Origin: Hormiphora californensis
Lineage: Eukaryota; Animalia; Ctenophora
Assembly: GCA_020137815.1 (NCBI GenBank)
Contig: CM035350.1
Coordinates: 1,922,001 to 1,986,000, forward strand
Reading direction: 5' to 3'
Length of the DNA: 64,000 nucleotides
How positions within the stretch are numbered: position 1 is the stretch's first letter; each line of letters starts with the position of its first letter. Positions 35,401 to 48,439 of this stretch are shown piece after piece. Under the pieces are notes generated by a model. That model had not been told where the DNA came from. It saw only the letters and a list, made by a program, of their open reading frames with translations, and searched no databases. Both the position numbers and the translations under genes were made by a program.

Positions 35401-36775
35401 TTAAAGTAAAAAAAGAAAGGGGCAGAAGACCTTCCTCGGCTTAGAAATATTCAAAATTGCTACTTTAAGACACGATGGGCTTATTTTTCGGTTAATTTCT
35501 CGGTTTTAGGCTTATTTCAGGAATTATAGGGATTCTCGACCGATTCTCCGCAAGTTACAGGTGTGGCATGCTTCCCCTAGTGAAACCTGACGACATAAAC
35601 TTACAGAATACAGGGGTTGCGAGGTAAAACGTAACGGACGCCAAACTGAGAAAGATCGTTTCGTTTTGGGAGATTTTTTAAAACTTTTGAGATCTCGATC
35701 TCAAAAAATATGAGATGCGCGGCGTCAATTTTGCAATTGCGCGTCCTTATTTTAAGTAACGCGCGGCTTTGTTTATGCGCGTGCATAATTTTCGCGCTCT
35801 GTCACGTGACCAAAATAAGAAAAAACAAGAAAGAGAATTAAATTAAACACAATTTTCCTGAGTTGTAGAAAATAAATAATTTATACTCAATACTAGTACA
35901 AGTCAATAATAATCATTTTGATTTTAAAACACTGTCACTACTAATTGACTTGTTAATTACATGTTAATTACAGTATTGACTTGTTGAGTAAGGGGTGGAT
36001 ACTCAACAAGTATTGGCAGGTTACAATATTTTACTAAAGGAGTCCAGAAATCTTTAGCCTAAGAGTGTCCTAGCGACTAGTACATTTAATTAGCGGTCAG
36101 CGGACTAAAAAGAGGGACAGTGCTGAGTGCAGCTTGTCAATCAAAACCCAACCAAACCCTCACCCTACATAGAACGTCTCAAAGTCTTCTAAGACTGCCA
36201 TGCCCTATCGACTCTTTTCATCTCCAAAAATATACCCGGGTGGATATGCGACCGTTTGAAAGACTGGTGTGTCCTAAGTCTAGCCTTACGAGTAGTGTCA
36301 TTTACGATCGGGGGTGCAACATGATCATTTCCGGGTCTATGTAAACATGTTATTCTAGTCTGAGGCGGAACTTTAGGAGTTCCACGAAATTAAATTGGCT
36401 CAAACCACGGTTAAACTGGTTTACCGTATAACAAATTACTGGTTGCTCTGTACATACAACTATCCAGCTATCTTGAAAACCAGTTGAGAGAACTTGTTTT
36501 TGTTGTTGAGCACCATGAAATTGATGCCACGAATATAATAATTTTGGAGCCCTTTTTTAAATCTCCAATCCTTTCCTAAAATTATTTTGGGTTTCCACCT
36601 CAGACTAGAAATAAAGGTACATACCACCACAAAACCAAGAAATGATAGAACCCGGGGAATAAGTGACACGGCGCATTACAACACAGTAGACTCTCTAACG
36701 GTTAAATTAGCGATGTTCCTAACTTGAGAGTAAATCTTACATCAAGAATACAGGTTATAATTTCCACTACTACTT

Positions 36776-36842
36776 CAGTCAAACCTAGATTCACCGGATC
36801 CGGACGCATATGAGTTTCCCTCAGTAAATCGAGGTTTGACTG
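36776..36842. mobile_element. 67-bp MITE with CAGT...ACTG termini (Tc1/pogo-like)
   Basis: cagtcaaacctagatt ... aatcgaggtttgactg inverted termini; TA flanks not intact. Confidence 0.65.
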
Positions 36843-38660
36843 AATGTAGTTATAACAGTTCCAAGCACAAGAACGTTTCATGTTCTCGTTTTCGCGAAAT
36901 AACCCCAATTCACTGAAGGCTTCAGAGAAGGGTTAGGGTGATAGAGTGCCAAATCCTCTAGCTTCTGTTGAAAGCATACCTCGTCAACCACAAAACAGGA
37001 ACTGTTGTATAGCGTCCACTGCAAGCTCCACCACTGTCCGCGGTACTGCCCGTTATACTGGTGGTAGTGTAACTGGCACTGCAACCTGATGGGGGAAGGT
37101 TAGTTAGTGCTGTACAGGGTCCCTGCTGCAGTCACGGGATCTCAACAGAGTGCTCCCGACCAATAGAAAGACAGAGTGAGGCCGTGGGAAGCCGCTAGAT
37201 AAAGCTCTCCTGCAAAAGAAGGAACCCTCAACCCTCTCTCTTTCCCATCCTCTCACAATTATCTGACTGTTTCCCCGAGACATCAAAAGAAAACCGATGT
37301 GGGTCAAGGCTTTCTCTCTCTCTCGAACTCTCTCTCTCACTCTCTCTCTCTCTCTCTCGAACTCTCTCTCTCTCACTCACTCTGACTCTCACTCTCTCGC
37401 TCTTGCTATCATGCTTCTGGGATGTGCGGTCTTTCTCGTCCAACGCTCTCTCGGTACCAACTCTCACGATCAGTTTATCTTGTTCCCCTTGAGCTCTATT
37501 TCATTTTATAACAATCTTCGTTGTGTTACACCATAGTCTATCACCATATTTCAATAGTCTTTTTGTCTCTCTACCCCCTATATATCATTCCTCTATCTCT
37601 AACATGGGCCTCGCCATGAACTTCGTCACAAGGTCAGCAGCACGTCACGTGATAAACGCTCGAGTTTTTGACAGAGCACAGATAAGCTGCAATGGACCAA
37701 TAAGAGACCTTCCTTCCCAGCCAACCAATAGGAGCCCTCCATCTACCCAGCCAATCACAGCACCTCACCTATCGCAGTAGAGGCTTCTAGAAATCCAACT
37801 ACCAGATTTACTCTGCCTGAATTCTCTTACTGATATTACAACAATCGCTGCTTTTTACTCGTATTGGTTCCATAACTGGGCTTAATTGGTTGCCATAAAA
37901 AGCTACAATAATCACTCTCCAAGTTGAATAACTGGTCTAGCTTTTGAACCTCTAACAAGTGTTGCAATCATTAGCGTATTCATGTGGGTCGACTTGTATG
38001 CAACTGGATGCGAAATATTGCAAACGGTATGCCACCACGATCAACAAATAATTTAAGTTGCCTCATTGATTTTGGACTACCTTTAACCTTACAATCTAAA
38101 TTAGATGGTCGCGAAATTTTTTGAATACATGTTGGCGAAGTGGCGAACACAGAGGGGTGCTCAAGGATACAGGGGATAGTTCATTATATTTTCATTTTTA
38201 TAATCCTGTATGCCTAGTAGGAGCTATTGGTTCAATAAACTAGTCACAGCACCTGGTGATAAGACAATATATTCCCATGCGGGTTTTGGCCCAATTTGAC
38301 ACGAGCAAATGGGAAAAAACATATCTTTTGTGGAGTAAACGACATAGTGATGCATCATCACTGAATTGGTTTTCACTTTTACCAGCCTGCTTTTTGAACT
38401 GTTGAATTCTAGTAGACTGTAGAATTTCTACAGCAATCTTGTCAAGCTGAAACCATGATTGTATTAATGTTGTTCTGAGCACGCTAGACTACCAGTATTT
38501 CTCTAAATAAATATGAATAGTAAAGTTCTGAGTTTTTGAAGCCCTCTAGATCTCACGCCTCTCCGTCTTGAAAGAATCAGACGCGTTTTTTAACACGATA
38601 TATAATAGAAATACATACCAAGTGAATAGGGCACGTGTGTCTCAAAGACGACCTCCTCGA

Positions 38661-38870
38661 GTTCACTCTATCTTCACTCTATCGTTCTATCTTCACTCTA
38701 TCTTTCTATCTTCACTCTGTCGTTCTATCTTCACTCTATCGCTCTATCTTCACTCTATCGCTCTATCTTCACTCTATCGTTCTATCTTCACTCTATCGCT
38801 CTATCTTCACTCTATCTTTCTATCTTCACTCTGTCGTTCTACCTTCAAGTTCACTCTATCGCTCTATGTT
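38661..38870. repeat. Tandem minisatellite (ttcactctatcgctctatc-like, ~19 nt)
   Basis: Directly visible; explains the repetitive ORFs 38568 and 38635. Confidence 0.92.
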
Positions 38871-39027
38871 CTTTCTACCATCCTACCTTCCCTTCGTCGT
38901 TCTGTCTGCCTTCCTACCTTAAATAACAGAAGCTCAATCACTATTTCCAAGTATAATGATTTCTTATTTCCTAAAACACATGAGCGCAGCAGAATTTTCA
39001 GAGTAAACGAGCGAGCGAGAGAAACCC

Positions 39028-39078
39028 TTGGTTACGAAATAACCTTCGCACGCTGGCAAGGGGTGACTTCGTAACCAA
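39028..39078. mobile_element. 51-bp micro-MITE with 9-bp TSD (gagaaaccc)
   Basis: ttggttacgaaataacc...ggtgacttcgtaaccaa flanked by gagaaaccc on both sides; relative at 56395-56456. Confidence 0.88.
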
Positions 39079-39233
39079 GAGAAACCCCGAGGTTAGAGCT
39101 AGAACTACCGTTCATTTATCTTCCAATTAATAAAAATTTGAAATATTATTAATCTAAATATCCAACCCATTTCCCCCAAAACCTTCGGAATCTCCTAGTT
39201 CTCTCTTTCTATTTCTCTGTCTCTCTCTCCCCC

Positions 39234-39298
<65 letters not shown>

Positions 39299-40151
39299 AT
39301 CTCAGAAGGTAGGTGGTGACATGTAACAAGGTGGAACTAACTACTGAAACTTTCTCTCCGTGCACGCCTATTCGGCCGGATTCCCTCCCGTGCAATATAT
39401 ATTATTCCAGTACCAGCATTAAATATAATTATTGTGTGACAGAAGTACTCTCCTCTGTGTGACAGAAGTGCTCTCCTCTTCTCGCTTGATAAACTAACTG
39501 TCACCAAGTTTTCTGTTTCTCCCGTTTGGTATAACAGGCAACAGCTTCCACTGTCCATGCAAAAAGCTCGATCTGGACATTGGATGAAGAAAAAAAGTAA
39601 AAACCAGTCCCCTTTACTTTAAATGCAATGCAGTTGGACAAATTTCAGGGCTGTGAATTGGGATTACGGAAGTTCTCTGACATCCCTTTGACGTAGTACC
39701 ACCGAATCAGTAGGCCCTTCTCGCTCTGTTTCTCTCTCAATCTATCATCTCTCTCACTCTATCGCTCTCCCACTCTCTCCCGCTTTGCCTTGGGGTACCC
39801 CAAAAGATTAGAACGCGGGGATCTTTGTGGGTCCGCCGAAGAGCGGGGCTAAAGAATATTGGCTTGGAAGAGAAAAAGGGAGAAGGCGATAAGAATAAAG
39901 TGAACTAGAGTTCTAAAAATAATCTTCACATGAATCAGATAGAAATGATAGTTTGCGATGACAGAACCTACAAATCTATCACATTCCTCCTGTTTTGTCT
40001 TTGATCGTCTATAACCCTGAATATATAACTTCCCTTAACGGGGCCACTCTCTCTCTCTCACTGTCTTCTGTTGCTAGATTGTTAATGATGACAAATGTGA
40101 CCCAAACTGGCAAATTCACCCGCCATCCAGCATCCTAAGTGGCAGATCTGG

Positions 40152-40213
<62 letters not shown>

Positions 40214-41539
40214 TAGAGAGAGATAGAGAAGAGAGAAAGATAGAGAAAGAGAGAAAAAGATCTAGGATAGAATACCTGAAGGCGTTGTAGGAAAGAAGAT
40301 ACAAGGTGATATTTTGGATAGACAGCAACTGCACGTGTGTAAGGTAGCGTAGGTGAAACGAGGTGACTCTCAAATTCCAAGTTATCACGTTGCTAGAACT
40401 ACCCAGCACCTGGGCGACCAACACATGACCTGCTCTTCGACCTTATAGCCCATATAAAAACAGCGAGTCAGCCCACTCTTTATTCGCCTCTCCACTGTTT
40501 GGATAGTTCTCGGGTCCAAAATTTTTGTGGGGAACTTGGGGTATAGAAACACCTTTTAGGGAAAAAGTTTGGGTACTTTTGCACGTGAAGTTTTTCATTA
40601 GTTAAAATTAAAACCATTAGGAGATGTTTTGAACTTTGGTGGGCCGGTCTTTTTAAGCCTTATTTACCCTTCATTCTGCCTTGCGGGGGGCAGAAAATAT
40701 ATTTTTCTTTTTTTTGGTATCCTGTTAAATTTTTTTCTTTTCAACAACTATATTGTTGCCGCTTAATCCCTTCTATGGGTGCCTTTTTTTCCCCTCTTCT
40801 TCCCCTTTTCTACTCTCTCTTCCCCCCCTCTTTTCTTCCTTTCCTTTATCTCTCTTCCTCTTTCCCCCTCTCTCCTTCCTTTCCCCCCCCCTCTCTCTTC
40901 CTTTCTCTCTCCCTCCTCACTTTCCCCCTCTTTCCCCCCCCTTTCCTCTTTTTCCCCCCTCCTCCCCCTGCTCTTCACCCCCTTTCCGGGGAAATGGAAA
41001 AAAAAAAGAAAGGGGCCCCCCAAAAACCCCAAAAAGGGGAAAACACCCCCTTTTTCTGCCCGACCCTCCCCTTTAGAATCAAAAGGGGTTGGGGCCCCCC
41101 CCGGGGGAAAAGGGCGTTTTAGTTGGGTTGGGATTTATTTAAAGGTTAAAAATTTCCCAACCCTTTCCCCCCAAAAAGGACCCCACCTTTGTTTGCTTTT
41201 CCATTTGCCCCCTTGTTTAAAAATGGGGGGGCCCCAAAAAAAACACCAGTTGTTTTAAATTTGTTGGGTGTTTTTTTAAATATTTGAAAAAAGCAAAAAG
41301 GGGGTTAAAGTCTAGAGTGAAATAGAAAAGGGGAAAGTCTAATTGAAGTTTGCAAAAAATGCGGAGCAAGGAGCACCATACCTTAAAGCTATTTTCCCCT
41401 GAAATTTTTTTTTTTGTTTTAAAGCGAAAAGGGGGGAGGGGGGGAGGGAGGGGAAAAAGGAGGAGGAGAGGGGAGGGAGAGGAAGGGGAGAAGGGGGAAA
41501 AAGGGGGGGGGAGAGAAAAGAAAAAATAGGAAGAGAAGA

Positions 41540-44500
41540 AATTGGAATGTTGTGCCCAATTGCTCGGACCCAGCCCCAAAAAATATGTCCCCTCTTAGTC
41601 CGCTTGAGTGCGAGCAGAAGGGGAAAAAAGAAAAAAAAAAAAACCCCCCCCCCCCCCCAATTTTTTTAAAAAAAAACCTTTTTTTTTGGGGGGGAAAGGG
41701 GGGGCCCCCCCCCCCGGGGGGGGTTTTTCCCCCTTTTTTTATCTTTTTTTTTCTCTTCCTTCTCTCCTTTCTTTTCTCTCTCCCCTCTCTCCCCCTCCTG
41801 ACATACTCTTGGTTCCCTGGGAGGGCTAAGTAGGACAAACACGTGATACAGCTGTACGAAGCACCCCCCCGTGGGGGAAAACCAAAAGGAGAAAAGGAGC
41901 CACCCCTCGCTATCGTTTTTAATAACCCTCCATTAAGGGGGGTCATGGGGCAGGGGGGGGATTATAAAAACTTGCCCTGTCTGATGTTGTTGTTGCTGCT
42001 GCTGCAGCTGTGTCGCAGTTTTCTTCCTTGCACTGTCACGTTTGTTGCGTTATACAGCCGTAGCTATTGGCAATGTTCAACGTGACTATGTGAGTGGGAC
42101 ATAGGTAGAGAGGGAGGATAGTAGGATGGAGTGGGGTGGGGTGGAGGGAAAAGGAGGGTCTGGGAGGCGAATGAGGACAAGACAGAGAATATAAGATAGT
42201 ACCCCCGATAAAACCACTAAACTGTTTTTTGAATGTTTTTCCGGGTTTTTTTGACACTAAAAACCCACCCCCGTTTCATTTAAACCCCCCTTTTTTCCTA
42301 AAATAGCTCCTGACTAAGACTATCCAAGTTTTTATTTGGGAAAAAGTTCTTCTTTAGTGGAGATCTAACTTGACGAGGGGGTTACTTCCGGCGGTCTCTG
42401 CCTAACTGTAACTCCGCTGCACGTGGATTATTGGTGATTTGCGACACATGCAATCCAACAAATCGTTCAATTACTTTATATATCCTCTCTAATAACTATC
42501 TCTCTCACACAGTAAATGCAGTTCTTTCAGTTCACTCCCTAACCAACTCTGTATTCCTCTCTTGGGGTCCCTGTAACCTGTCTATTTATCTTCCAGTTGA
42601 CGATCGTTACTTTGAGTATATAACTAGGGTGCTGGGCAATGTGTCTCTATCTAGCTCCTCTCAATCACGTTGTTTCCTACCCTCACTGTACTGTTCTCCA
42701 AAACGTGATATCTCCATGTTTCTCTTTCCAAGTGTGCAAGACAGCACTCACAGTTCTGCTCATGCCATCTGCTGCAGCCTGCAGCACGCGGCTCATGCAA
42801 GAAAATTCACATTGCAACACATATTCCAGATTCGTACTCGCCCCCTCCAGTATATTTATAGCTTTGTAGTGTTAGTAGCTCTAATTCATAGTTACAGTAT
42901 CTTTTTCCTCTCTATCTCTCCAGTCTTACTGGACATTTAGGGGCTTGATAGGGGAAATAAGTTTTCCTTTCATTTAACTAGAATATCAATTTTTCCCCGT
43001 TTTTACTATCCTTTAAAAGGGAAAGGAAAATTGCAAAAGGGGAAAACCCTTAAAAAAAAGGGGGAAAAAACCCCGAAAGTTTTTTGCAAAAAGGGGGAAG
43101 AGGAAAACGGGGTTTACGGTGGAAAAAGCACCGGCCCGAAGGAGGGGGAAGGCACAGCGGAGGACAGAGCGGGGGGAGAAGGAGGGGAAAAGAGAGAGGG
43201 GAAAAAGAGGGGGGGGGGGAGAGAAAGAGGAGAGAGGGAGAGAAGGGGGGAGAAGGAGGGGAGAGAAGAGGGGAGAGAGAGGAGAGAAGAGAAAAGGGGG
43301 GAGGGAGAGGGGGGGGAAGGGAGAGGAGAGGGGGAAAGAGGGAGAAGAGCGGTTTTGTCGAGGTAGATAACCCAAAAAAAACCCAAAAAAAGATTTTTGA
43401 AGGGAGCCGCCGTTTCAAAACCTCTAATTTCCCCTTTTTTAACCCACCCCCTTTCTATCTCCCTTTCTCTCTTCTTTCTCTCTCTCTCTCTCTATCTCCA
43501 CTGTAAAAAATCACGGGAAAAGAAAGTGCTTTGAAAATATCATGGTATGCAGTTTGGGGGAAACCCGAAAAAATTTTAGAGGGGTCACGGGTAATGCAGC
43601 GGGGTGAAACTCTGAGATGTGAAACTCACTGAAAAGAGATAAGAGCAACCCTACTGTCAGCTCCAATTGTCGCATCGCCTTCCTTGCCTCATCTTATTCT
43701 ATCAAGCACTTTATCGCCGACGTAAGAAACAGAGAAGATTTTATACTCTCTATCTTTAATAATATGTAACAAGCAAATAACAAACCGGAGAGACAGACAG
43801 AAGTATCTAAAATTTCCATTACACGTGCCTAGTTTTTTCAATCTCCAAGCTCTTCAACTCTCCTCCCATAATCTCCCACATTCTCTCTTCTCGACTATAA
43901 AAAGAAGCAGTAAGGCTATCATTTCAAGGTGCCTCCTGGTCTCATATGATCAAGCTTTTGGGAGAGTCACGTGTGGATGGGATAGATCTTTAAACCGAAA
44001 AAGGAGGAGAAACATATTCTCTCCACCACCACTGCACTACAGCTTAAGGGGACCGCAATACTCCCTGTTGTACTGGAGCTGCAGCACTCCTTCCTTCCCC
44101 CTCTCTCTCTCACTCTCCTTCTCTCTATCTCTCTCTCCCTCTCCAGTCTCTCTCTCTATCCTTCTCTCTCACTCTCGATATATCTCTTTCCCAATTGCTA
44201 GACAATACTGTGCTTGCTTCTGTGTTACTTCATTCTACCGTACCAGCACTGTTTTTATAAAATCCATTCTTTTTAAAGATGTCTCTGCTGTAGATTAAGT
44301 CGTGCCGAGTTTGAATTTGCATAGAGGAACTGTGGCCCTAATTTTTGTTCTGTATTTTGGTTGTGTTTTGATTGATATTTGATGATATAGAAAGAAATTC
44401 GGAGACAAATGAGTAGGTGCTGACTGAGAAACAGATGAATTCGAGAACAGAGAATCGGAGAAAAATGCCAGAGCCCAGACAATCGAGATCTATGGAGAAA

Positions 44501-46830
44501 AGAGAATGTGAGAGAGAAAGAAACAAAGAGTGGGGGATAGAGAAACAGAGGGAAGAACATAGCTGGACTCATTGAAACAGCTGTGCGCAGTAGTGGCCAC
44601 CGGCGCCATATAATATCACTTGGTTTCGACTTGACTTTCAGCTGACAATTTACAGAGAGAATTAGAGAGAGAGAGATAGAGAAAAAAGAGATCGGAAGGG
44701 AGAGAGAGAGAAAAGTAGAGAGAGAATGATAGCAAGGGTGAGAGTGAGCTTAGGAAGAGCGAGAGAATTTACAGACACTGGTACTAAGAAAGGAAGAAGA
44801 TGCCATGAATCGTGCGGTACTAGCTGTTGCAGTAGTTAGTAGTTGTTGCATTCAGTTGAGTGTTCCTTATTGAATCAACACCTCTCTAACAGCGTTTAAT
44901 GCCACTTCACTTCCACAGAACTGCCTCTGCTTGTTTCCTTCTCCGTGACCTGATTCTCTAAAGTGTACTTTGTAACCTTCCTCTCGGCCCATCCGCTTTT
45001 GGCCCCATCTCTGTCTCTCTGTCTTTGCTCCTTTCTCTCTGTGCAGCTGTACTTTAGTCGTTGTGTCGAGTTTGTGTTGTATCTCCTTATCAAGGTGGTA
45101 ATTAGTTTACACCCCACCATCCCGCCCAAAACCCCCCCCCTTTCTCTCTCCCCCTCCCCTCCCCTTTTCTCCTCTCTCCCCCCCCCCTTTTTTTCCCCTC
45201 TCTCCCCTCCCCTCTCTCCCCCTTTTTTTCTCTCTTTTTTCTCCTTTAAAAACTCTACACCGTCCCTCTCCCAAACCCGGGAGCTTAGGGAGGGTTTTAG
45301 GGAAACTTTTAAAACCCTACTGCTCCGTACACTTTGGGACTGCTCCCCCCCAAAACCGGGTTTTAAAATGGGGAGAGAGAGGGGGAGAGATAGAGAGAGG
45401 AAAAAAGGGGTAAAAGAGAAGAAGAGAGAGAGAAAATGAGAGAGGGGAAGAGGGGTAAAAGTGAACCGCCCCCTTTTTTCCCCAGAGTGTACCTATTTCC
45501 TGAACTCACACTAACACGTGTATATCTCGTCGTGGGGGGAGAGAACATTGGGGTACCTCACTAGATCTAGTAGCTGTGTATTGTTTGGTTTGCCCCCTCT
45601 CCCCCCTTTTCAGGCTACCTACAGATTTCTAGCTTCCTTATCTTGCTTTGAGCCCTAAAAAACGGAGAAAATAGGTACCCCCCCCCCCCCATTTTCTTTG
45701 GGAGTTTTTTTTTCATTTTGTTTTTCACTTTTTTTTAAATTCCCCTCTTTCCCCAGTTTTGTCCCCCCTTCTCCTTTTTAAAATCTGCTCTCTTACACGT
45801 ATACCGCTTGTTACTCTTTCCCCCAAAAACACGGGCCCCCCCTATAGTCTTCTTTCCCCATTCTCTTTTTTTAAAAAGGGAAATTTTTGCTGTCTTTTCC
45901 GGCCCAAATTTGATACAAGCTATCATGACCCGTGATACATAGTTTTTCTTCCTTCGCTCTCTTTTGAATCACTGCCAGCTCTTCCCCACCACCAGAAAAG
46001 CTGTCCCACACCACCTGGGCCCGATTTAAAAAACCCAGATTTTAGCCGTCCCGCTTTCAACCCAAAAAAACCGCCATGAGAAAATAGAGAGAGGGGAAAA
46101 AAAATAGGGAGATAGAGGTAGGGGGAGAGAGGGTAAAGAATGCAGTCCCGGTGGGCAGGCACTGCGGGGCCAGTAAATACCTCCCCCCCATCCGCCCCTC
46201 GGTAGCTGGTCATTATCCCGCCCTAAACTGTACTGTCCTCCTCCCCCCTGGGCTGATTCTATCACACCATCTAGAGCACCCGAGCCCCTTCTGTCCTTCT
46301 ATCTAACCTTCTATCTCTCTCTCTCTCCTTTTTCTCCCTCTCCCCAAAGGGTTATCTTTTGCTCCAACCGTTATTTTTCCCTCATCTTGTTTTTTTTCCC
46401 CCCCCCCTCCCCCCTTCCCTCCTCTCTTCTCGGATCCCTCTCTTTGCCCTTCCCCCTTCTGCCTCCGATTTTGGAGGAATTTATATAGGAGGAGGGGAAG
46501 ACTGATGAAAATTTTTTTGGGTGGAGAAAGGAGGAAGAAAAAAAAAAGGTTTTTTTTTTTTTTTTCCCCCCCCCCCCCCCCTTTTTTTTTAAAAAAATTT
46601 TTTTCCCCTTTCCCCCCTCTTTTGGGTTTGGGGGTAAATCCAAATCCAATTTATGTTTTTTTCACTTTCCCCCCTTCTTATTTTTGCTGTTGGTTGTAAA
46701 ATTTTTAAAATTTCGTTTGGGTGCGAGATCCCCTCCTGCCCGTTCCGTCTCCCCCGACACTTTAGCTGGTATCCCTAGGAGGACAGTCACACACGTGGCC
46801 ACAGCTAGTCGTGCCAATCTGTTGTTGGGG
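41540..46830 (-). CDS. Possible fragmented gene with an ANF-receptor/Venus-flytrap ectodomain (class C GPCR, receptor guanylyl cyclase or iGluR ATD type)
   Basis: Readable islands in low-quality sequence, in the expected order: signal-peptide-like LARLAVATCVTVLLGIPAKVSG (~46820-46750); VFTGP(QC)LPTG after one indel (~46190-46140); VVWDSFSGGGEELAVIQKRAKEEKLCI (~46015-45935); LYNATNVTVQGRKL (~42060-42015); SGLRGDIFFGAGSEQLGTTFQF (~41605-41540). Confidence 0.4.
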
Positions 46831-48439
46831 GAGGGGAGGGTAGTTATAATGGCATTATAATTTGAAACCAGATATTTAATGTAGTACGCAGCTCCCCCTC
46901 CCAGTCTGAGTACATGTAGACCTCTGCAACTTTTTTAGGTTCCCCTCCTCACCCTCTTTATCTCATTTTGTTTGCTGGCTCGTGTCGCCCTCCCTTGGTT
47001 TTGAATTGCAACTTAAGTTATTGTTGAATGTTGTGTTTTTATTTTTTTTTTTTTGTTTCCCAAAAAAAAAATCCTTTTTAAAAGAATTTGGAGTAAATTG
47101 GGATTGATTTTTTCCCTTTTTTTTTTCCCCCCTTTTTTTTTTCATTTTCTTTCCTTTTCTTTCTCTCTCTCCCCTTTTCTTCCCCCCTCTTTTTTTTCCC
47201 CCTTTTTTAAAATTTTCTCTTCCCCCCCCCCCCCCTTTCCCCCTTTTTTCTCTCTTTCCCCCCTTTTTTTTTTCCCCCCCCCTTCCCCCCCCCTTTCTTT
47301 CCCCCCCAGGGTTTTCCCTTTTGCCCCCCCTTTTTTTTCCCCCCTTCCCCTTTGGGTTCCCCCCTTGGGGGGGGGGGCCTTTGGGGGCCCCCCCCTTTTC
47401 CTTCTTTTTTTGGGCCCTTTTTTGCCCCCTTTTCTTTTTTTCCCCCTCCCCCCTGGGCCCCCCAAATTTTTTTTTGGGCCCCGGGCCCCCTTTTTTTCCC
47501 TGGGTTTTTCCTGCCTCGTTTTCTTGGGGTTTTTTTTTTTTTTTCCCCCCTTTTCTTTTTCCTCTTTTCTTTCCCCTTTTTTTTGGGGGTGGGTTTAATT
47601 TTTGTTCCCTTTGGGTTTTTAAAATTCGTTTTTGGGGTTTTTTGGAGGCTTATTTTTAAAAAGGGGCCTTTTTTGGGTTGTTTTCCCTTTAACCCCTTTT
47701 TTTTCCCAATTTTTTTAAAAATGTAAAAATTTTTTTTCCTTCCCCCCTTTTTTTTAAGGGGGGTTCCATTTTCCTACCATCTGCCCTTCCCCCAAAAAAA
47801 AAAATACCTTTAAATTTCCCTCCCCTTGGGGGGAAATGGGGTTGGGGGCTTTTAAAAAACCCGGGGTTTAGCCGGGAAAGTTTTAAAGTTTGATGTTTCA
47901 AACCGGGGGGGAAAAGGGGGGCCCTAAACCCCAAAAAAATATTTGGGGGGAAAACCCCCTAAAAGCCCCTTTGGGTTCCTGGGTTTCTTTTTAAAAAGCT
48001 TTCTCTCTCCATTTTAAACCCCCTTTTTTCCCTGGCCGCATGTCTTTTTTAAAAGGGGCCTAACCCTTATTGGGGCCCCCAACATCAATTTTTTTTAAAA
48101 GGGAATTTCCCCCGTCCTGATGAAATTGAATATTTGAATTAAAAAAATCCTGGTTTAAACCCAATTTTTTAAAACCCCTTTACCCCCCCCCCTTCCCCCC
48201 CCCCCTTTGCAAAATAAACGCCGGTCCCAAAAATCTTTATCCCCTTGGGGGCCCCCCTTTTTAAAAAAACCTTTAAATTTTTCCTTGTTTTTTAAACCCC
48301 AAATTTCCCCCCCCCTTTTAAATGAAAAGGCAAAATTGGACCCCCAACGGCCCGTCCGGCAAACCCGAAAACCCCCTTCAAAACCCTTACCCAAAAGGGC
48401 CTAAAAGCATTTAAAAAAAACCCCGGGGCCATTTCCCCC

